From: Oopsacas minuta
Lineage: Eukaryota; Animalia; Porifera
Length of the DNA: 64,000 nt
Direction: 5' to 3'
Assembly: GCA_024704765.1 (NCBI GenBank)
Contig: JAKMXF010000325.1
Location: 225,171-289,170 of the forward strand
The notes beneath the pieces are model-generated. The model ran no database searches. It was not told where the DNA came from and was given only the letters and a program-made list of their open reading frames with translations. Positions 60,777-64,000 of the stretch are shown piece after piece; the first letter of the stretch is position 1, and each line of letters opens with the position of its first letter. Position numbers and translations under genes: made by a program.

Positions 60777-61235
60777 TTCATAAGTAGATTTGCTCTCATG
60801 CCATTTACTGATAGTACTGAGCACAGCCTGTAGGAACTTCCCGTACCTACGAGTCTCATTCTCAGTACAGCAAGTCACAGTGTATGATATATCAGAGAAT
60901 ACACGGTCATAGAACAGTAACGTGGAGAAATGTGGGGTTTTCTGTGCGTGCAGCATTAAAACAAACTGAGCACAGAATAAAGCATCAGTCATAGTGAAAC
61001 AGCAACGTGGGAATATACATAGTTGTAGAAATTGTGTGATACTGCGGTTTCTCGTGACGCTAGTGTTGAAGTATGAGTTTTTCTCGTGATCTATACGTGC
61101 TACCACTAGTTTATGGTTCTCTGTCTGTTGTCGTAACTCTTCTTGTAGTGTTACTATCATAGTCTGGTACTTCTCCTGCTCCTTCTTCTTCTTACTACTG
61201 TTCAATTCTGGGTTGTTGTCTACCTCTAGTTTCAG
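60777..61235 (-). CDS. THOC2: THOC2 exon (Tho2 C-terminal conserved domain); further 5' exons lie outside the window
   Basis: Acceptor tttttttgttacag, then KKKKEQEK...ITQFLQLCIFPRCCF..DALFCAQFV..H.QKTPHFSTLLFYDRVFSDISYTVTCCTENETRRYGKFL...WH...TYE. Donor GTATGT. The five exons total 1521 nt (506 aa plus stop). Confidence 0.95.
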
Positions 61236-61306
61236 CTGTAACAAAAAAAGGAGTATTAGTAATCACATATGTTCATTACAAGGATACTATGTTTCAGCTC
61301 TGACAC

Positions 61307-61338
61307 ATGTCATTATGTCATTATGTCATTATGTCATT
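61307..61338. repeat. 8-bp tandem repeat x4 (atgtcatt)
   Basis: Counted directly. Confidence 0.9.
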
Positions 61339-64000
61339 ATTTTCTCAGTGAAATTAAACTAACAATAATATGCTAACTAATGAGTTAATTGAAATGATTT
61401 CATCTTCACAGCATAATTAACATATTTCGAAGTAAAACCCCTGAAAATCTTCCACACGTCATAATACTTGTGTAATGAGAAAATGATAATGTAATGACGA
61501 CACAAGTGTGCGTAGATGTACATCATGTGGAGCTCAGGGCTGGACTCGGTTAACCGCCGCTATATCCAGCAACTGATATGAGAAAATATATTTGGTTAAA
61601 CGAATGGCGTCGTTTGAATAAATTTATTTAATCTTCCTAGGGTATGACAGGTCCAAAATCGCGAAATATTTCTAAATGAATTCTGTTAGTGAGATACATA
61701 AGCAATAAAAACATATTAAAATTTCAATCCTTTTGTGTGATATCATCGCATCATGTTTGCATTTTTATTAGTTATGGATGACAGACTGGTAGTGCAGCTC
61801 GGGTTCATTTGTTTGTTCTTTTCCAAGGGGGCTGTAACTCTGCCCACCCCCCTCGTGTGGATACCGCACTGCAGGATGACAATCATTACATGATAGTCAA
61901 CTAGGTATTGTTTTTAATCTCGAGAACTGAGCTGATTCGGGCTCCTGGGTCTGAGAATTATTTATGTTGACTATTGTACTTCATGTGATAATTATCTGAT
62001 ATCAATGGTTAAGATTCCCAAAAATTACCATCCAATTACCAACGAAACCTGACCATCAAAATGAAATTTCTAGTATCACTTTGAAATATACGCGAAAATA
62101 TGATTAATCATATGATAAATCATGTAGATTTAGATTTGAAAATGTCAAAATATGAATCACAATACTCGATTACCCCTAAAAGAGCATTTCAAACGATATC
62201 TCTAGCATCATTTTGAAATATTTGCAAAAGGTGTGAATATATGATTAATTATATGATAGTTCCGTGAATTAGTCACTTTCGAGTTCTGAAAATCTCAGAA
62301 TCGGACTCTACGCACCCAATTCCCCCGCACGTTATTCAATAGAATATTATAGACTCAAAAATCTACATAAAATGAATTTAGTAAATTACGTCGGCACAGA
62401 CTGTGATTGAAGATTTTTAGTGCAGCTCCTATAGGGAGGTGACCTAATGGTATGGACGATGTGCGACGTTTGTACGTCCGCTCGGCCGTGCGAATCTTCT
62501 CCGATTTCACATAAAATTGGTATACATATATAATATAATATATTTTTGGTCGGAGATGCACCTCGAGTATGATATTTTTTCTTAAGTAAATTTTCTCACC
62601 TTTTTGGTGATTAATCATATTTTCACACCCTTCTATGTAAAATTCCAAAGCACGCTAGAGATTATGTTTCTATATCATTTGAGTGTCAGAATTGATTTCG
62701 CGTCCCTATTTACCCATAATTAGCAAGTGGAAGCTAATCTCAAGGACATTTGTAAAATATTTATTAAAAGGTGTGAAAATATTATTAATCAAGTGATAAA
62801 TTAGTGTATTTACACTAAATATAGTATATTAACCAATAGAATTACAGTCTACTTTCAATACAAATACATCATCGTGCTGATATAATCATATTCACTACAC
62901 CAGGATCAATTTTATGTCGATTAGCCTAATTGACAAACCCTACAATCTGATTGGCCTAAAATGAAAATGTGTGAAAAGGTGTCAAAATATACACATAAGA
63001 AATTTTAGATCACTACGAGTATACATGCCAAATTTGGTGCCTTAATCTCTAAAGGAGTAATCACCCTTTCAACACTTAACCGATTAAGAGTTTTACGCTC
63101 GCGCTCGTAATGAAAAGGAAGGCTAAAATTTTACCACTTCGTTTTAACCAATTCCCGCACCAAAAACGAGACTTTTCTTGGATATTAATGACAATAAGTT
63201 GAGTAATTTAATCGATATGTCGAACGAACTCGGCCCCAGCGAAAATGTGTGTCGCCAGGCCCAGACATTCCTTTCGCCAAATCCTGGCGCCGCCCCTGTT
63301 CATGTTAGACATTTGAAGGTGTCAAAACAAATTATAAAAGAACTGTAAAGTGTCAAAACAAATTCTAGAAATAAAACGAATATAGTAGCTGATTGAGAAA
63401 TACAAATACCAAATGGGTGATAAAGTCCCCCTCCTCCCTATGGTATTGATTAGTTCCCCTGAGGGAGAGAATGTCTTGATACATAGGCACAATCAGGGCC
63501 ATTTTGGGTGGGCATGCCCACCAAAATTTTCCTCCACCGTAATACAAAAAGTATAGGGCGGGTGGGCATGACGTCATCTTTTCCCACCTTGACTCATGAG
63601 CCTAGTTGCGCCAATGTCTTGCTATGCTGATGGGAATAATCTGTAATGAGAATAGGGGTGGGCCACCCAGTTCTTATACTAATAATTACTGGTCCTCACT
63701 TATTATGAACTAAAATTCTTTAATCTTGCTATAAAGAGTGGATGCTGGGGCACTGTTGTATAATTCACAAATAATTGAAATGGTTTGACGTTGCACATTT
63801 TGCAATTTTCCCGAATGTACAATGGCTAAATGCAATCCTGATTAATTAAAATACAAATCAATATTATTAAATTGCATTTATCGTTTGTCTATCTGTTTAT
63901 TCGTTGTCAAGGAAAGGATTTATGGTATGCTGAATCGAATTGGAATTTCTCAATTCTGAGATATCGCATAACTATGTACTTATGATTTATAGTGTTTATC

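Noticed and set aside
61236-64000. Further THOC2 exons, and ORFs 62355-62648 and 63365-63577
   Set aside because: No THOC2-like peptide was found in this stretch. The ORFs overlap dispersed repeats and MITE ends, so upstream exons must lie beyond the window.

Overview
Intron-containing, AT-rich animal DNA. The gene families and their style suggest a sponge, probably a glass sponge (inference only). Apparently intact genes: (1) the 3' five exons of THOC2 on the minus strand, reconstructed by hand with consistent splice phases (61235->47558); (2) an intronless Rab escort protein gene (CHM/REP, 47282->45042) starting only 275 bp after the THOC2 stop, with an AG acceptor directly against its ATG and a 12 x 21-bp coding minisatellite; (3) an intronless 374-aa orphan 7TM/GPCR-like gene (21528-22652); (4) a three-exon IFI27/ISG12-like gene with an acidic N-terminal extension (30223-32231), plus an inverted paralogous ISG12 exon (13912->13505). 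Decayed genes: three TRAF-type zinc-finger pseudogenes nested in the last THOC2 intron, a death-fold/NACHT (NLR-like) fragment with an internal inversion, and a frameshifted MFS transporter. The rest is dominated by transposons: two full-length dead mariners, a Buster-type hAT, hAT deletion derivatives and MITEs with 8-bp TSDs, TA-targeting MITEs, a Gypsy/Ginger-type integrase, THAP and Harbinger fragments, and Helitron-like repeats. No rRNA, tRNA or CRISPR array is supported. The best leads are the possible THOC2-CHM operon/trans-splicing unit, the ISG12 pair whose differences are almost all non-synonymous, and the overall innate-immune birth-and-death neighbourhood.
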